A stretch of 63,823 nucleotides of DNA, the filler included, from Rhabdomonas costata (Eukaryota): assembly GCA_019059605.1 (NCBI GenBank). It is 53 parts of 53 records of this genome, joined end to end, with 100 filler letters (N's around TTAATTAATTAA, not from the genome) between each part and the next. Parts side by side here need not be neighbours in the genome. Positions count along the whole stretch, not along the records: positions 47,044 to 48,149 come from JAHMHO010028309.1; positions 48,250 to 49,353 come from JAHMHO010028310.1; positions 49,454 to 50,559 come from JAHMHO010028311.1; positions 50,660 to 51,765 come from JAHMHO010028312.1; positions 51,866 to 52,971 come from JAHMHO010028313.1; positions 53,072 to 54,177 come from JAHMHO010028314.1; positions 54,278 to 55,383 come from JAHMHO010028315.1; positions 55,484 to 56,589 come from JAHMHO010028316.1; 45 more parts are not named here. The stretch is one strand, 5' to 3'. Position 1 is the stretch's first letter. The number at the start of each line of letters is the position of its first letter. Shown here one piece after another: positions 47,935 through 60,398 of this stretch. The notes below the pieces were generated by a model. It saw only the letters and a list, made by a program, of their open reading frames with translations, was not told the DNA's origin and did not search any database. The translations under genes and the position numbers were made by a program.

Positions 47935-48032
47935 TTTAGCACTGCTAAACGTTCGGCAGTGCAAATGGAGTATCGTCCACCCCATGGGACGTCCAACAAA
48001 TCCGCTAGCTCCGGCCGCGCCGCGGACTGGCC
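47935..48032 (+). repeat. Dispersed repeat family A, copy 2
   Basis: Aligns with 15473-15558 and begins with the imperfect palindrome GTTTAGCACTGCTAAAC. Confidence 0.85.
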
Positions 48033-48588
48033 TCTGCATAAAATATCTTTTTCACATTTGTCTGCCAAAGCCTAGCGACGACAATTCCAAATCCAAATGC
48101 AAAAGCCAAACCCTTTCTCAGTGCTAAATGTTTAACGCCAAACCCCCACNNNNNNNNNNNNNNNNNNNNNNNNNNNNNNNNNNNNNNNNNNNNTTAATTA
48201 ATTAANNNNNNNNNNNNNNNNNNNNNNNNNNNNNNNNNNNNNNNNNNNNTGTTTTTTTGTTGGTCTTATGGGGAGCGGAAAGAGAGACCAAGGGTTCCTC
48301 GCCCGTTTCTGTTACAGTTAGGGATGGGGGTGCGACGACCCAAAGCGAGCTTTCGGGTAGAGAGAGAGAGAGAGAGAGAGAAACGTTAGCCCCCGATTAA
48401 AAACTATACTCCAAAAGGAAAAGGAAAAGGCTTCTTGTGTATAACACCACTGCTGGAGAAATGCAGTGCCCAAATGGGACCTTAACCCTTGTTTAGCAAC
48501 GGCGGTTGACCCCCACCCCCGGGAAGTGGAGATGAGAGAAAAATAGAGAAGTAAAATAGAGAGTCCGGCACGGGAGCGGGATGCGAAC

Positions 48589-48795
48589 CTCCACCCGCTT
48601 GTCCAGTTCGAGGTCATACGCCCCCTGGGCTCCGTAGCGGTAGCTCCCCGTTCGGGTTCCACCGTCCGCCTCCCACCGCACCACGAACCACCCGCCGCGG
48701 AGCTCTTGCGCCACTCGCCCCGTGCGGCCCTTCCCGCCGTCCTCATCCTTCCACAGCCAGTTCGGGCCACGCCGCACCACGTCCCCTACCCTGAG
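48589..48795 (-). CDS. Mib_Herc2 domain exon
   Basis: LRVGDVVRRGPNWLWKDEDGGKGRTGRV...VVRWE...SYRYGAQGAYDLEL. Bounded by cag and gt. Confidence 0.9.
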
Positions 48796-50775
48796 CTGCA
48801 CAGCAAGAACGCCCGCACGAGTGGAAGAACCATTCACGGTGGATGAAGCCCCTTCATCCCTTCTCGCTTTCGCAGTCCCGAGCTGGCACTCAATTTGCTG
48901 CGATGCTAAACGGAGCACTCGCGTCATAAGTCGGACTTCGCTTCGCTTGCTGAACGGGCCGATGGCGGTCTCTGAGCGACTTTGCTCTCATTTTGACGAG
49001 ATTTGGAACAAAGTGATGCACCAACTACCTTGTCTCGAATTCGCAGGCTTGCTGTTTTACTTATTCACTGGGGGCATTCCCTTTTGTTCATTTGTTTGGT
49101 TAGTTCAGTTGAGTTCGACCATAAAAGCAGTTAGTGAACAAAGTTTTAGTGAGAGGTTGTGGAACCGCAACCGCAGTGAAAAAATAAGCAAAAAAGGGAG
49201 CGGCAGGGAGAGGGGCATACCGCCGGGCGCTCGGCATCGGCGATCAGAGCCTGAGCCCCACCCCACCCAAAACAACCCACTAGTGCGCGGAGAGGTTCCG
49301 GGCAAGCCTTCTTGACTACGGTGGCGTTTCGTCGCGTCTGTTCAGCGCACCAANNNNNNNNNNNNNNNNNNNNNNNNNNNNNNNNNNNNNNNNNNNNTTA
49401 ATTAATTAANNNNNNNNNNNNNNNNNNNNNNNNNNNNNNNNNNNNNNNNNNNNTTTTTTTGGTTGGTGTCGGCGCGGTGTACGTTTGGTTCTGGAAGGTG
49501 TGCTCATCCCGTTATGTGATAAGGTGGACGGGTGCAGTTGCTTCTCGCTTATCCTGCTTATTGGGCGGTTGTGGAAGATTTTGTTTTTTTTTTCGCATTT
49601 TTTTGAGCTGATTGATGTGATCTTTGTTTTTCTGTCGCCTTCTGTTTTGCAGTGTTTTTCTTTACTCTTTTGCAGTGCTTTCCTTTGCACTTTTGAAGTC
49701 GTCATCGTTCAAGTTACTGCAGTATCAGTTGGGTCTTTTGCACGGATGCAACCTACGGCTGGGCTCAAACCCGGTTGCTTTATTGTCCGTGCAGCAGTTG
49801 CAACAGAAAACGGGGTCAAGAATTGTGTTTGTGGGGACCATCAGCTGGGTGTGTGCATTTGATTGGTTTCCTCGCCTACAAGTTCCTGTGCCTAATGGGA
49901 GGAAGGGCCAATTATGGTCAATAATGTCAGTCAGGGTCAATTACGTAGCACAATGAACGGGCACGTGAGTCGCCACCTAACCCCCTGCAAATCTTCCCTT
50001 GCAAGCTTGTTTTGTGAGGTGTTTTGCTTGTCTCTGCGGGGACTGTGTCCTTGATGCTTTTTCTGGTTGCGGCTGTATGGGACCACCCCTGGCTGGAGTC
50101 GACAATGGCAAGGTGCCAAAAGGCAGGATTCGGACTTGCAGGGGATTTGGGAACACTCAAACGAAATGTCTCTGTCTCAACTTCTCCTGTTTTTCGTCTG
50201 GTGGTCCACCCTTCTGCCCTGTGCCGGTCGGGTCGGTATTGACCGGTCGATTTCTTGTCAACCTTGTTCGGGATTTGCTGCCGTGTCCCTTTTTCTTCCG
50301 AGCCATGTTATGCTGGTGCCGGGCTTGCTCGCCGTCGTGTAACTGCGTACACTCGGTTCCCCCGTCTGGGCCGCGTGCCTAGTGCTTTTGGTTGAAACCT
50401 TTTGAAAAAGAAAGGAAAGCCTGTATTTTTTTATGCGGCCTACGATCTTAGGAGCTTACAACTCTCACTCAGATGACCCGGGCCATATTCTGACACCACC
50501 AAAAGCGCAATGCACCAACCCCATTGTCTCAGGAGCCACTGCCGTGGGACGATGACATCNNNNNNNNNNNNNNNNNNNNNNNNNNNNNNNNNNNNNNNNN
50601 NNNTTAATTAATTAANNNNNNNNNNNNNNNNNNNNNNNNNNNNNNNNNNNNNNNNNNNNGGTTTTTTGTAGGGTCAAACGTTCAGCACTGCTAAGCGTTT
50701 TCGAATTTAGCGGATCTTTTTTTACTGCCGTGCTGGGCATGGGAAAAATAATGGGAAAGGATTATTTCAGAAGCG

Positions 50776-50840
50776 GAGCGCCCAGATTAGTTGGGACGTT
50801 CCATGGGGTGGGCAATGCTCCGCTCAGTTCAGCACTGCCC
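50776..50840 (-). repeat. Dispersed repeat family A, copy 3 (reverse)
   Basis: GGGACGTTCCATGGGGTGGGC is the reverse complement of the core. Extra TTCAGCACTGC motifs at 50681 and 50828. Confidence 0.75.
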
Positions 50841-50950
50841 AATATTTAGCGGTCTATCATTTAACCCAACCCCCAGCTCCCGCACTAAGAAAGACAGTCC
50901 CGGCTGCGTTCTCATCCAGAAGACAACTTTTCCTTTCTGCCTGCCCTCAG

Positions 50951-51473
50951 GTAATCAACGGCGGTAAGAGCGACAAGCCCTCTGACCTGTGGAGTTTGGG
51001 CTGCACGGTGCTTGAGGTCTTTCGTGAAACTTCAGAAGGACAAGAATGGAGAAATCGTTTTTCACATTTTCAAATCCTTGGTGGCGGAGATGAATGAGAT
51101 GAATCGTCGTGCCTGGTCCCTTGTGTAGCAAGTGTGGGTCCGTAAAGGCGTTCGGCATTTGAAAGGGACAATGCGTGCCCCCTCCCCTCCACTCGCATCC
51201 CTCTCTCCTCCCTTCTGGATAACTCCCTTTTATATGTGCTGTTATAACTCCCTTTTATACCGTTTTGGTGATTTTTCTGAGATGGGTGTGGAGATCCATG
51301 TGTCGAATATGGGCCTCCCGCGGTGCTGCTTACCATCATCACTCAGATGACCAACGGTCTGCCATGGAAGGAAATGGCCTTCAGCAACGACTTCCACGCG
51401 ATGTACCACATCTCCCAGGACAACACTCCAGAGATCCCCTCTGCTGTCTCCCCCGTCTTGACGAACTTCCTAA
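50951..51473 (+). CDS. Ser/Thr protein kinase (STE11/MAP3K-like), two exons (50951-51016, 51347-51473), partial
   Basis: VINGGKSDKPSDLWSLGCTVLE|MTNGLPWKEMAFSNDFHAMYHISQDNTPEIPSAVSPVLTNFL covers subdomains IX-X. Confidence 0.9.
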
Positions 51474-54277
51474 GTACCCTCACTGCGCTTTGGCACCCGT
51501 GCCCTCCCTTCCCGTTTGCCCATCTTTTTGGCCGTAAGCTTCGAACCGTGCGTTGGTGGGGTTTCTGCAGAGTTTGCAGAGCGATGGGTAGATCGACATG
51601 CGAAATCAATGCGCTTCAGCTCCTTTATGGGCTTGAAGACGAACCGTTTTGTGAGGAAAGGGGCGTATTTCGTGAGGCTGACTTCAGGACCCAACGATGG
51701 CCTTTTGTGCACTTTCGGTGGGTTGACCTGAGCCATTGCCTGAGAGATTGCTCCCCCACAAAACCNNNNNNNNNNNNNNNNNNNNNNNNNNNNNNNNNNN
51801 NNNNNNNNNTTAATTAATTAANNNNNNNNNNNNNNNNNNNNNNNNNNNNNNNNNNNNNNNNNNNNTGTGTTTGTTAAGGCGGAAAAATGGAAAAATGGAA
51901 AACAACATTCAGCCCTGAAGTTTGGGACACCCGGTTCAGGAAGCACTGTACCAGGTCGCTCCCATCAGCTCGCCAGCCACAAAAGGCCCAGCTGCAGCCA
52001 GAGCAAGCGGTCTAGTGCCCTGAGCGGGGAATTCAGATCATGCTTGACAGCGCTGGTGTGTGGCTTCCGTTATTGGTTAGAGTTATGGGTTATGCCGACC
52101 GGGGCAGGTGTTGGTGCATTTTCCTGTGTTTCATGGAATTCTTCGAAACCTAAAGCTTTGTTAGGCAGGAAGCGTGTGACGGGAACACCGAAGGGTGCAG
52201 ATTTTTGGGGCGCTTTGCCTCCGCTCCCAATCCTTCCTTCCATTTTCCCCCGTGCACTCAGGAGCTCACCCCGACAACTCCTTGGGGCGGTGAAGACTAC
52301 ACCCCTCCGGCGGAAGAGGAGGAGAGCGCGTGAAGACACGCGCGCACCCCTCGCCTGACATCAATCCCCCTCCCCACACAAATCCACAAACAAGCACACG
52401 CGCTGACCTCTACACCGGTTGCTGATATATTCTCCTGGACTTCATTTCAGCCCGCTGCTGCCTCTCTGCAACCTTCTCTGTCATCCCCAGCCCACACAAG
52501 GGCAGTGCTGAAAAGCGACGATGATACTGCGCGGAGCAGGCTCTTCGCCAATGCCGGTCCTGTTTCCACCCCATCATACTTCTACCACCTGGACAGTCTG
52601 TGACCTGATATTGGGTTTCTGACCTGCAATGAAGAACGGTATGTGAAATATGGTCATTGCTAAGAACCAGAACACCGCACCTCGCTTTTCAAGGTGTCAG
52701 AGGCAGCAACTGAAAGGAAGATAGTGGGACTGTCTGGGCTGAAGTGTGAGGGCTAAGCCGAAGCAGGCCTGGGGTCGATTTTGACGGGTACGGTCGAGGT
52801 GGCGCGTCCTAACCACATGCCGCAAGACGGCGCCGTCGTGATCGCATCAAGCTTGCCTTAAAGAAAAGATAAATGCTTCTTGTATCCCCTTTTCCATTAT
52901 GTATGGATTTGCCCAACATCTGTCCCCCGAATCACAAGTTAAGGATCGAGCGCCCAATTCCTTCCTTTCGCNNNNNNNNNNNNNNNNNNNNNNNNNNNNN
53001 NNNNNNNNNNNNNNNTTAATTAATTAANNNNNNNNNNNNNNNNNNNNNNNNNNNNNNNNNNNNNNNNNNNNTTGTTTTTGGTTGATAATAGAGAGCTAAC
53101 GTGTAGAAAAGATGTCAATGGGAAGTAAGTGGTTGAACAGGAAAGCATTGCGCTTTAGAGATAAGCCATTTGTAGTGAAAGTCGAGGCTACACCGGGAGT
53201 TGCAGGAGAGGATTGACCAGCTTTGTGGTGGATCCCAGAGCGCTTTGTACATATTGAGAAGTCTCTCTCAGATGGAGATCAGTTCACATAAGAAGATTTG
53301 TTTAGCCCTAAACACCGTGAGAGCCTTTCTGTGAGCAGAGATGCTGTTTTTTTTGGGGAATTCGAATGGGGAAGAGTATTTCTTATGGCTGAGTGAGCGT
53401 TGGCCTGATGAAGAGAGCAGAGCTGTTTCCAGCATTCGTGGTGGTGGGAGTAGCTGTTCAGTGCCGTTGTTTGTATTGCCGTTTCAGAGGACATAACTGG
53501 AGTGGAGTGGTTTGCTTGAAGATTTGCCCGACACGCCACTCCATCAGCCGTTGTTGTTCATACCTTTTGTGATTTGCACTGTACAAGTGCGAGCATTGCT
53601 CGACTCATGTGCTCCTAACTTTTGAAGTTGCACCCACGAGAAATTAAGGCAGCAATCCAAGTGGTGCTAGGGTTTCCACATTGATTGGGGTACGAAGCTT
53701 ATATTTGGAGAAAGATTATGTCTACTAAACCCAGGCACTTCCAGCAGCAGACTCCTTTCGTATCAAATTGCCCACAAATTGAGTATTGGAAGCTGAGTTA
53801 TAGGACGGCAGAAGTCAATTTCATGGTGATTGCAACTGAGGTGGTGCCCACTGAGATATGTGAATACCACTGTGCTCAGTTTAGCAGTGGAGTGTTATAG
53901 GTCTGATCAAGCGGTTAACACTAAGCGGAGGGAGACTGGAGAAGGTGTTGGGAGTGGCCACTCCGCCGAGATTTCAGCTCCGCAAGAGATGGTTGGTAAC
54001 AAAGGAGCAGCATAAAGCTATGTGGTGGAAGTAGCGCCTAAGGCGGAAGATCATCGAGCAGTGTCAAGAGCACAAGAGCGAAAGTGGAATGCGAAGGTAA
54101 AGTTGCGGAATTCTCAGAGGAAAGAGTACGAGAAGCTGATCAAGGATGTGGACCACAGTGTGTGCGGCCCCCACACANNNNNNNNNNNNNNNNNNNNNNN
54201 NNNNNNNNNNNNNNNNNNNNNTTAATTAATTAANNNNNNNNNNNNNNNNNNNNNNNNNNNNNNNNNNNNNNNNNNNN

Positions 54278-55141
54278 TTTGTGTTTGTAGGCAAGAGGAT
54301 TCCAGGCGTACATGCCCGCCTCAGGGTTAGCGTCGTCTGTGTCTTCTGCAGAAGTGGTGTGTCGGTTTCTCACGATAATCCGAAAACGCCGTAACACCGA
54401 CCCGGAATTATCCAAAGAAGATTACCAAAAGAAGCGAAAGGGAAGGAAGACCCCCACAGCACACACCAGGAGCGAGAACAGGCCTTTGCTGCGGTTGGAG
54501 AAGAGGAAGGCATGCAGCCCCTCGTTGTAGGCCTTGAAGGGGTTGTGCTTATCCGCGTCATCCAGCTGGTACATCCACTGAGACAAAATGCAGACGGTTG
54601 TGACGGGATGGTCAGGAGAAGTTTCCAAAAAAAAAAAGGCTCCCCGCTCCATAACTCAAAAAACTATAACTATACATGCCGTGATAATCACGTGACAGGG
54701 ACGGAGCCAGAAGTAGGAGCCGTAGAATCATCAAAAAAAAATGCTAATATTCCCGCTCGCAACTCTCTGTGAATAAAAAACAACCACGCAACGGGCGAAT
54801 TCACTTGCGCGACCCCAGGCTGAGACAAGAAGCGTATAATCCGGGGTCACTATGAGCGGTAGTACCAGCGCCAGTGCCAGTGGGCCCGGCCGGGGGGACC
54901 GAATTGGAAACGAGAGCACAAACACAGACACCTCGTCGGCCTCGGCAGCGATGGCCTGCTTCAGCGACACAGCCAGCAGAGTCGTAGGAGGGAGGGCAGC
55001 GGAGTTAGCACTGGCCTTGGGAGTGCTGGTCGTCACCCTATCCTGCGATGGCGGGGGCATGCCTACACCGGCTGCCTTGCCTTCCACCCCACCAGTGCGC
55101 GGTCCACCGCCCGGAAGCGCGGGGAGCTCCACGGCAGCGAT
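54278..55141 (-). CDS. Uncharacterised protein, three exons (54932-55141, 54484-54577, 54278-54345)
   Basis: Phase-consistent splicing gives ...KQAIAAEADE|WMYQLDDADKHNPFKAYNEGLHAFLFSNRSK|EDTDDANPEAGMYAWNPLAYK. The second intron probably has a GC donor. Confidence 0.55.
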
Positions 55142-55688
55142 CTATTGGTCGGGATCACAGAGGAGAAGAAGGCCAATGAGCCACAAAAGGCATGAGAGGA
55201 GGCAGACACAATTCCCAACATCACTTGTGGCACCCTTGGGGAAGTACGGAGGGTTTCGAAGCACGTCAGACAACTTCAATCAATGAGAACCTTCACTCGG
55301 GGTGTCGTGAGGGGAACGGGAAAATTCCACGTCGGTTCACTGCCAATAAACGGAGAACCGCGAACCTGTCCGCCTCAACCCAGNNNNNNNNNNNNNNNNN
55401 NNNNNNNNNNNNNNNNNNNNNNNNNNNTTAATTAATTAANNNNNNNNNNNNNNNNNNNNNNNNNNNNNNNNNNNNNNNNNNNNCGCCGACCAAAACAGCC
55501 TAGCAGACCAACACGCAAACAAATTAACGAATCAACGAATCAAATCGATCAGCGGGAAATCCGGTCACTCTCACTTGTCTTCAGGCGATTGTAAATGATA
55601 GTTAGGACACAAACCTGAAAAACCATCCTCGCTCCCGGTACTGGTTCTGTCTGCGCACACATCCTGAGAAAGCGGGGCGGGAGATGAC

Positions 55689-55894
55689 CCCGCGTAGAAG
55701 GGTCGAAGAAACGCCGCCATGTTGTGTGGCGTGGGATGATCGTACGGCAGGCTCCCGGGCAGGACCACTCCAGAGCCCCATGAGCACTGGGAAAGTAACC
55801 GCTCCAGGGCGTCGCAGAAAACCACCGCGAGGGCGGAGGTGAGGCCTTGCTCCACCAAGGACTTCCCCGGCAAGGGAACAAGGTCCAGCACCTC
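55689..55894 (-). CDS. Acyl carrier protein (phosphopantetheine-binding) domain exon of type I PKS style
   Basis: SLVEQGLTSALAVVFCDALE...VVLPGSLPYDHPTPHNMAAFL resembles L.E.GLDSL.AV.L...L...LP.TL.FDHPT...LA.FL. Confidence 0.7.
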
Positions 55895-56966
55895 CTGCGA
55901 CAAAACGTGCAGAGCTGAAGATCAATCACTTCGGGATTGAAAGCCATTGTTTTACTTTTTGCAACCGACTCTAGATCGAAAGCTACTGTTTTGGAACCCG
56001 GCCTAATCTTGGATGGTGTTGCTGCCTTTTCAGTAAACGCTCGAACCCCAGACGAAAATTTAGGAGATTATGCTAGAGGCCACAGATGTCTTCCGACCGG
56101 AGGTGGGTTGAAACGTCTGTGTCAAGGATTCTGGTCTGTCGTCGTAATTAGAAGGTATTGCAAAAGAGAGAAAAGCTATTCATGAGCCTCGGTCCAACCA
56201 TCGCCACATGACCCGCAGGAAGCCTTTCATTTTGAGTAAATGAAACCGCTTCAGCGAGTAAGTAATCGGCGAGTAAGTAAAACCAGCAAAGCCCAGCGTG
56301 CAGACAAAAATGTATATGCGAATGTGCAAGGATGTGGGCGGTTTACCTTCCATGTCACACGCTACTAGTGTTATGAAAACAGCACTCGCAAGGTGACGCA
56401 AGGTGACGTGCGTGCATTCATCACATGCGCATTTGGGCGACACAATGAAGCAGGCGTACCCGCACTTCACCTCAAAAGCAATGGAGGCTTGGAAGGATCG
56501 GAGTTATTAGTAAAAACGAAGCAAGAGCTTGCAGGTTTTTTATGAATGCGCGTGTATCTCGCATTCACACTGCGCCCTGACAAAAAAAANNNNNNNNNNN
56601 NNNNNNNNNNNNNNNNNNNNNNNNNNNNNNNNNTTAATTAATTAANNNNNNNNNNNNNNNNNNNNNNNNNNNNNNNNNNNNNNNNNNNNGGTGTTGGTGA
56701 GGACTGCCACGCTCTCGAACTGTTCTCATGGCAATCATTCATGAAATGTTATGGAGAATCCTCATCCTCTTCTTCTTCTCAAAAAGCTTCACACCCTGGG
56801 TACACTCTGATCGTTGGGTATGGGGGTCTAAGTGACGGTGTCCTAACGGCGTTGGATTTCGCCTCTCCACGTTCCAAAAACAGCACCCCTCTGGGCGGCG
56901 ACGCCACCTCACCCAGCAATGTTCCTGACGTCATGGCGTCCCAACCCCAGTCAACCGACATCACGC

Positions 56967-57689
56967 TCAGCCACTCGAGCTTGAAATGACCACCCCCGCA
57001 CTCTCTGAACCGTGTGATTGAATTTGAGCGGGTGGTTGGTCAAAGTACCGCGACCACCCAAACGGCGAGTTGCCGTATATCATGGAATTTAGCTCCATTC
57101 CTTTCGGTTTGGCTGTCGCTTTCTCTGCTGGCGGCGCGACAACAATGACCTTGGGTGGCGCTCTTGGTTTCCTGTGGAACTCCCAGGCTGCGTCAACGTT
57201 TTCCTGCAAACTCAAAAGCTTTTTCGTCATCAGCTCTGCCTGCATGTCTGTATCCAACCCTTGAATGAAAATGTACCTCAAGTGTAAGTCGTGAACAAAA
57301 GGACAATCTCTCAGTAGCTTGGCTCACAGTGTGAACTGAGACACGAAAAACTGAAAGTTTCCATCAACTCTCAGCTTATCCAATCTCCACAAAATGTTGT
57401 ACTCAAAAGTTTCAGAACAGAACCTGGTCTTCAAGTAAGCTACAAACGCGTCCCACGTCTCAAACGTCTGAGCGTCCCCCACTGTGCCTCTGGCGTGTGA
57501 TCCCATCGCTCCTACCGCAAAGGTGATTGCAACCTGGTCAGGAAGACGCCGGTTCATCTTTTTCTCCTCCACCGTGATTATCCACGGCAGGAAATTCTCT
57601 GGGTTATCATCGTATGGCGGGAACTCTGGGTCACGTTCCTGCAATTTCCTCAGTGCTACTGTCTGTCTACTGCTACTGTCTACCTGCAC
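56967..57689 (-). pseudogene. Ty3/Gypsy-type Gag with an in-frame TGA at 57324-57326
   Basis: P.Y..NP..F..WI...TWDAFVAYLKTRF...RLDKLR...F*...IFIQGL...MEL are Retrotrans_gag features. The two listed ORFs share one frame, and further stops follow. Confidence 0.8.
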
Positions 57690-58095
57690 CCTCTGGGTTT
57701 GTACTCTCTGTCAACTTGTCAAGAGCTCTTGTCATTACTTGAGTTGTCGCCACCCGATTCTGATTCATCAACAGCAAGGCCTCTGCCAACACACANNNNN
57801 NNNNNNNNNNNNNNNNNNNNNNNNNNNNNNNNNNNNNNNTTAATTAATTAANNNNNNNNNNNNNNNNNNNNNNNNNNNNNNNNNNNNNNNNNNNNGTTTT
57901 GTGGTTGTGTGGCTGTCGCGATTCTCATCATGACTTCATTCGGTCGTTCGGAACGCTGAACCATCCCTCTCAGTTTTGCTTTGTTTGTTTCTTCGTTGGG
58001 CCAGAGATGTAGTGTAGTGTTGTTGACAAGATGGATGCCCCCGGGTGCGGTATTGGGTCAGAGGGAGGGGGTTTTGCTGCAACCTTAAACCAAAG

Positions 58096-58574
58096 GGTGC
58101 GGAGGCTCCTGCGGCACTTGCACCTCGGGGACCTGCAACACCACCACTGGACAGTGCGTCTGCACTCCCTCGTGCACCGGAAAGACCTGTGGCAGTAATG
58201 GTGTGGTGATCCCCCCGATTTATGCGCTTCCCGAATTTTTCCCATCGCTTTTTTCACTCTTTCGGTTTCCTTCCCGTTGTCTTCTGGGGTGTGGTGTCAA
58301 CAATCATACCTTTCACTGTCCTGAGTTTTCTGCGGTCACCTTTTTCTCTTATCGTCAGACCGGACCACACTGGATGCCTGACCTTGCACCCCCCCCTCCC
58401 CCATTGATAGGTTGGTTCTGTATCACGAATGATGTCCACCTCTTTCTCTCTCAATTTTGCAAGGCTGCGGAGGCTCCTGTGGGACTTGCACCTCGGGGAC
58501 CTGCAACACCACCACCGGGCAGTGCGTTGCCACCTGCGTTCCCTCGTGCACCGGAAAGCAATGTGGCAGTGATG
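58096..58574 (+). CDS. Cys-rich repeat protein (C.P.C.GK.CG.DGCGGSCG.C), two exons (58096-58200, 58464-58574)
   Basis: GCGGSCGTCTSGTCNTTTGQCVCTPSCTGKTCGSN and GCGGSCGTCTSGTCNTTTGQCVATCVPSCTGKQCGSD, each a phase 1-1 exon bounded by aag and gt. Confidence 0.85.
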
Positions 58575-60398
58575 GTGAGCTTCTGCGTTTCTCCTTTTTG
58601 CTCAAGGCTTCTCCACCCTCCTCTTTCTTTATTTATGCCCCCCCCCCCTCCGTGGGGTGGGTCCACCCTGTTTGGGCTGTGAACGAGTGGTTTTATGGGC
58701 CGGAGAGTGGATTGGGTTAGGAGGTGATGCACGGGTCTTCTGGGATTCTGATATTAATTAATTAATTAGCAGGGGGTTAGGTGGCGATGCACTTGTCCCC
58801 GCTGCGCTCCGCGGCCCAAGATCCTAGGAGCTTTCATTTGTTGGACATGCATGTGCGGGTTCCAGCAGGTTGGGGGGGGGCATGCATGCACTTGATATAA
58901 ACGCCCTTATGCCCTTACTATTGTCCGCTTTTCCAATGGTGTATCTGTGCGTGAGCTTGGTTGTGGGTTTCAAGCCGAACCGAGCTATCTTCCCAAAAAA
59001 CNNNNNNNNNNNNNNNNNNNNNNNNNNNNNNNNNNNNNNNNNNNNTTAATTAATTAANNNNNNNNNNNNNNNNNNNNNNNNNNNNNNNNNNNNNNNNNNN
59101 NTTTGGGGGGGGGGGGGAATTGTGCCCACACCCTTCTCCCGCTCCATTCTCTCAGGAGGATTTTACCTTTATCACCAAGGAACCAAGCGTTTGTTGGTCC
59201 ACCCCATTGGCAGTCGAAAGACGAGGGTGCTTCGAGGGAACAACATCGGTTCAAGCGATGCAGGGGAGGCTCCTGAACTGCCTTCTTAACCGCCCACTCA
59301 CCTCTTGAGGGCGATTGTTTCTTCCTGTTGTTCTGGTCCTGGTATTGCAGGGGAGTTCGCGGACCTTATCCTTCCCGTGCCGAGCTCCGAGCTACGTTCT
59401 CTTGGGACCACAGCCCTGGGGCTCAGCGTCGCGCCCGCCGCTGTTCCGAAGCTGCAGGTGGCCATGGCCACAGCCTCCATAGGATACGCTTTGGCTCTGC
59501 ACCTCAGGCTTCCCGCCGTCACTGCAGCGACAGTGCCCTTCAACCTCACCGTTGAGGTGCATCCCCCCTCCCCACCTTCCTTAAGCTTGTTAGGGTTTCT
59601 GTTGTTTTGAGGACGAATGCTGCAGATCATACCTGTTGGCGTGGTTAGGTTGGCAGAATTGGGGAGGGCCTAACAGGCACCAGGCAAGGTTTAAACCGAA
59701 AGACACTATTTCTTAAATCGTGAAGTTCAGTGTGACATTGTCCACAGGCAGTGTAGCTAACAAGATACAGTCAAGAAAAGGCTGGGACGTTTTGCATAAC
59801 AGGGTAAGGTGCGTGAAGCCACATCTAAACCAAGAAGGAGAGGGGAGACCGAGGGAGTGGCGAGGAGCGAGAGAGGGAGTGGAAACAAACAAAAATGAAG
59901 AGGAAGGAAAAAGAAGTCTTTCAACCTTCAGGAGTGATAGCATACAAGAAGCACGCGCGCGCGCTTCCTGTGTGCTCCCCGAGGGTAGAAAACATTTGCT
60001 TTTCTGTGAGCCCTCAAACCACGCGCAAAGTTTTTTGCACGGTGCAACGCAAGCTTTCAAAGCTTTGCAATTCCTACGTCATTGGTGGTTCCCATCTGGA
60101 CCGGGCTGCCGTTTGTGGTGGATGTCTTGCAAGCAATGCGTGCTCATTTGCTTCTTCCTTCCTTGACGTTCCCTTTTCTCTATCCCCACCCGTCACCACC
60201 CACCCACNNNNNNNNNNNNNNNNNNNNNNNNNNNNNNNNNNNNNNNNNNNNTTAATTAATTAANNNNNNNNNNNNNNNNNNNNNNNNNNNNNNNNNNNNN
60301 NNNNNNNTGTGTGGGGGGTGGTCGGTGGGTGCGCGTGAACACAGGCAGAGTCGCTTGCAGTCAATGCAATGGGTCGACAGGGGGAGCAGAACAAAGAC

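Noticed and set aside
53072-54177. Stop-rich contig that may be decayed transposon sequence (also 37394-38502)
   Set aside because: No frame gives a recognisable domain.
58754-58765. TTAATTAATTAA without flanking Ns
   Set aside because: Short natural (TTAA)n run inside an intron-like region; the match to the spacer is coincidental.
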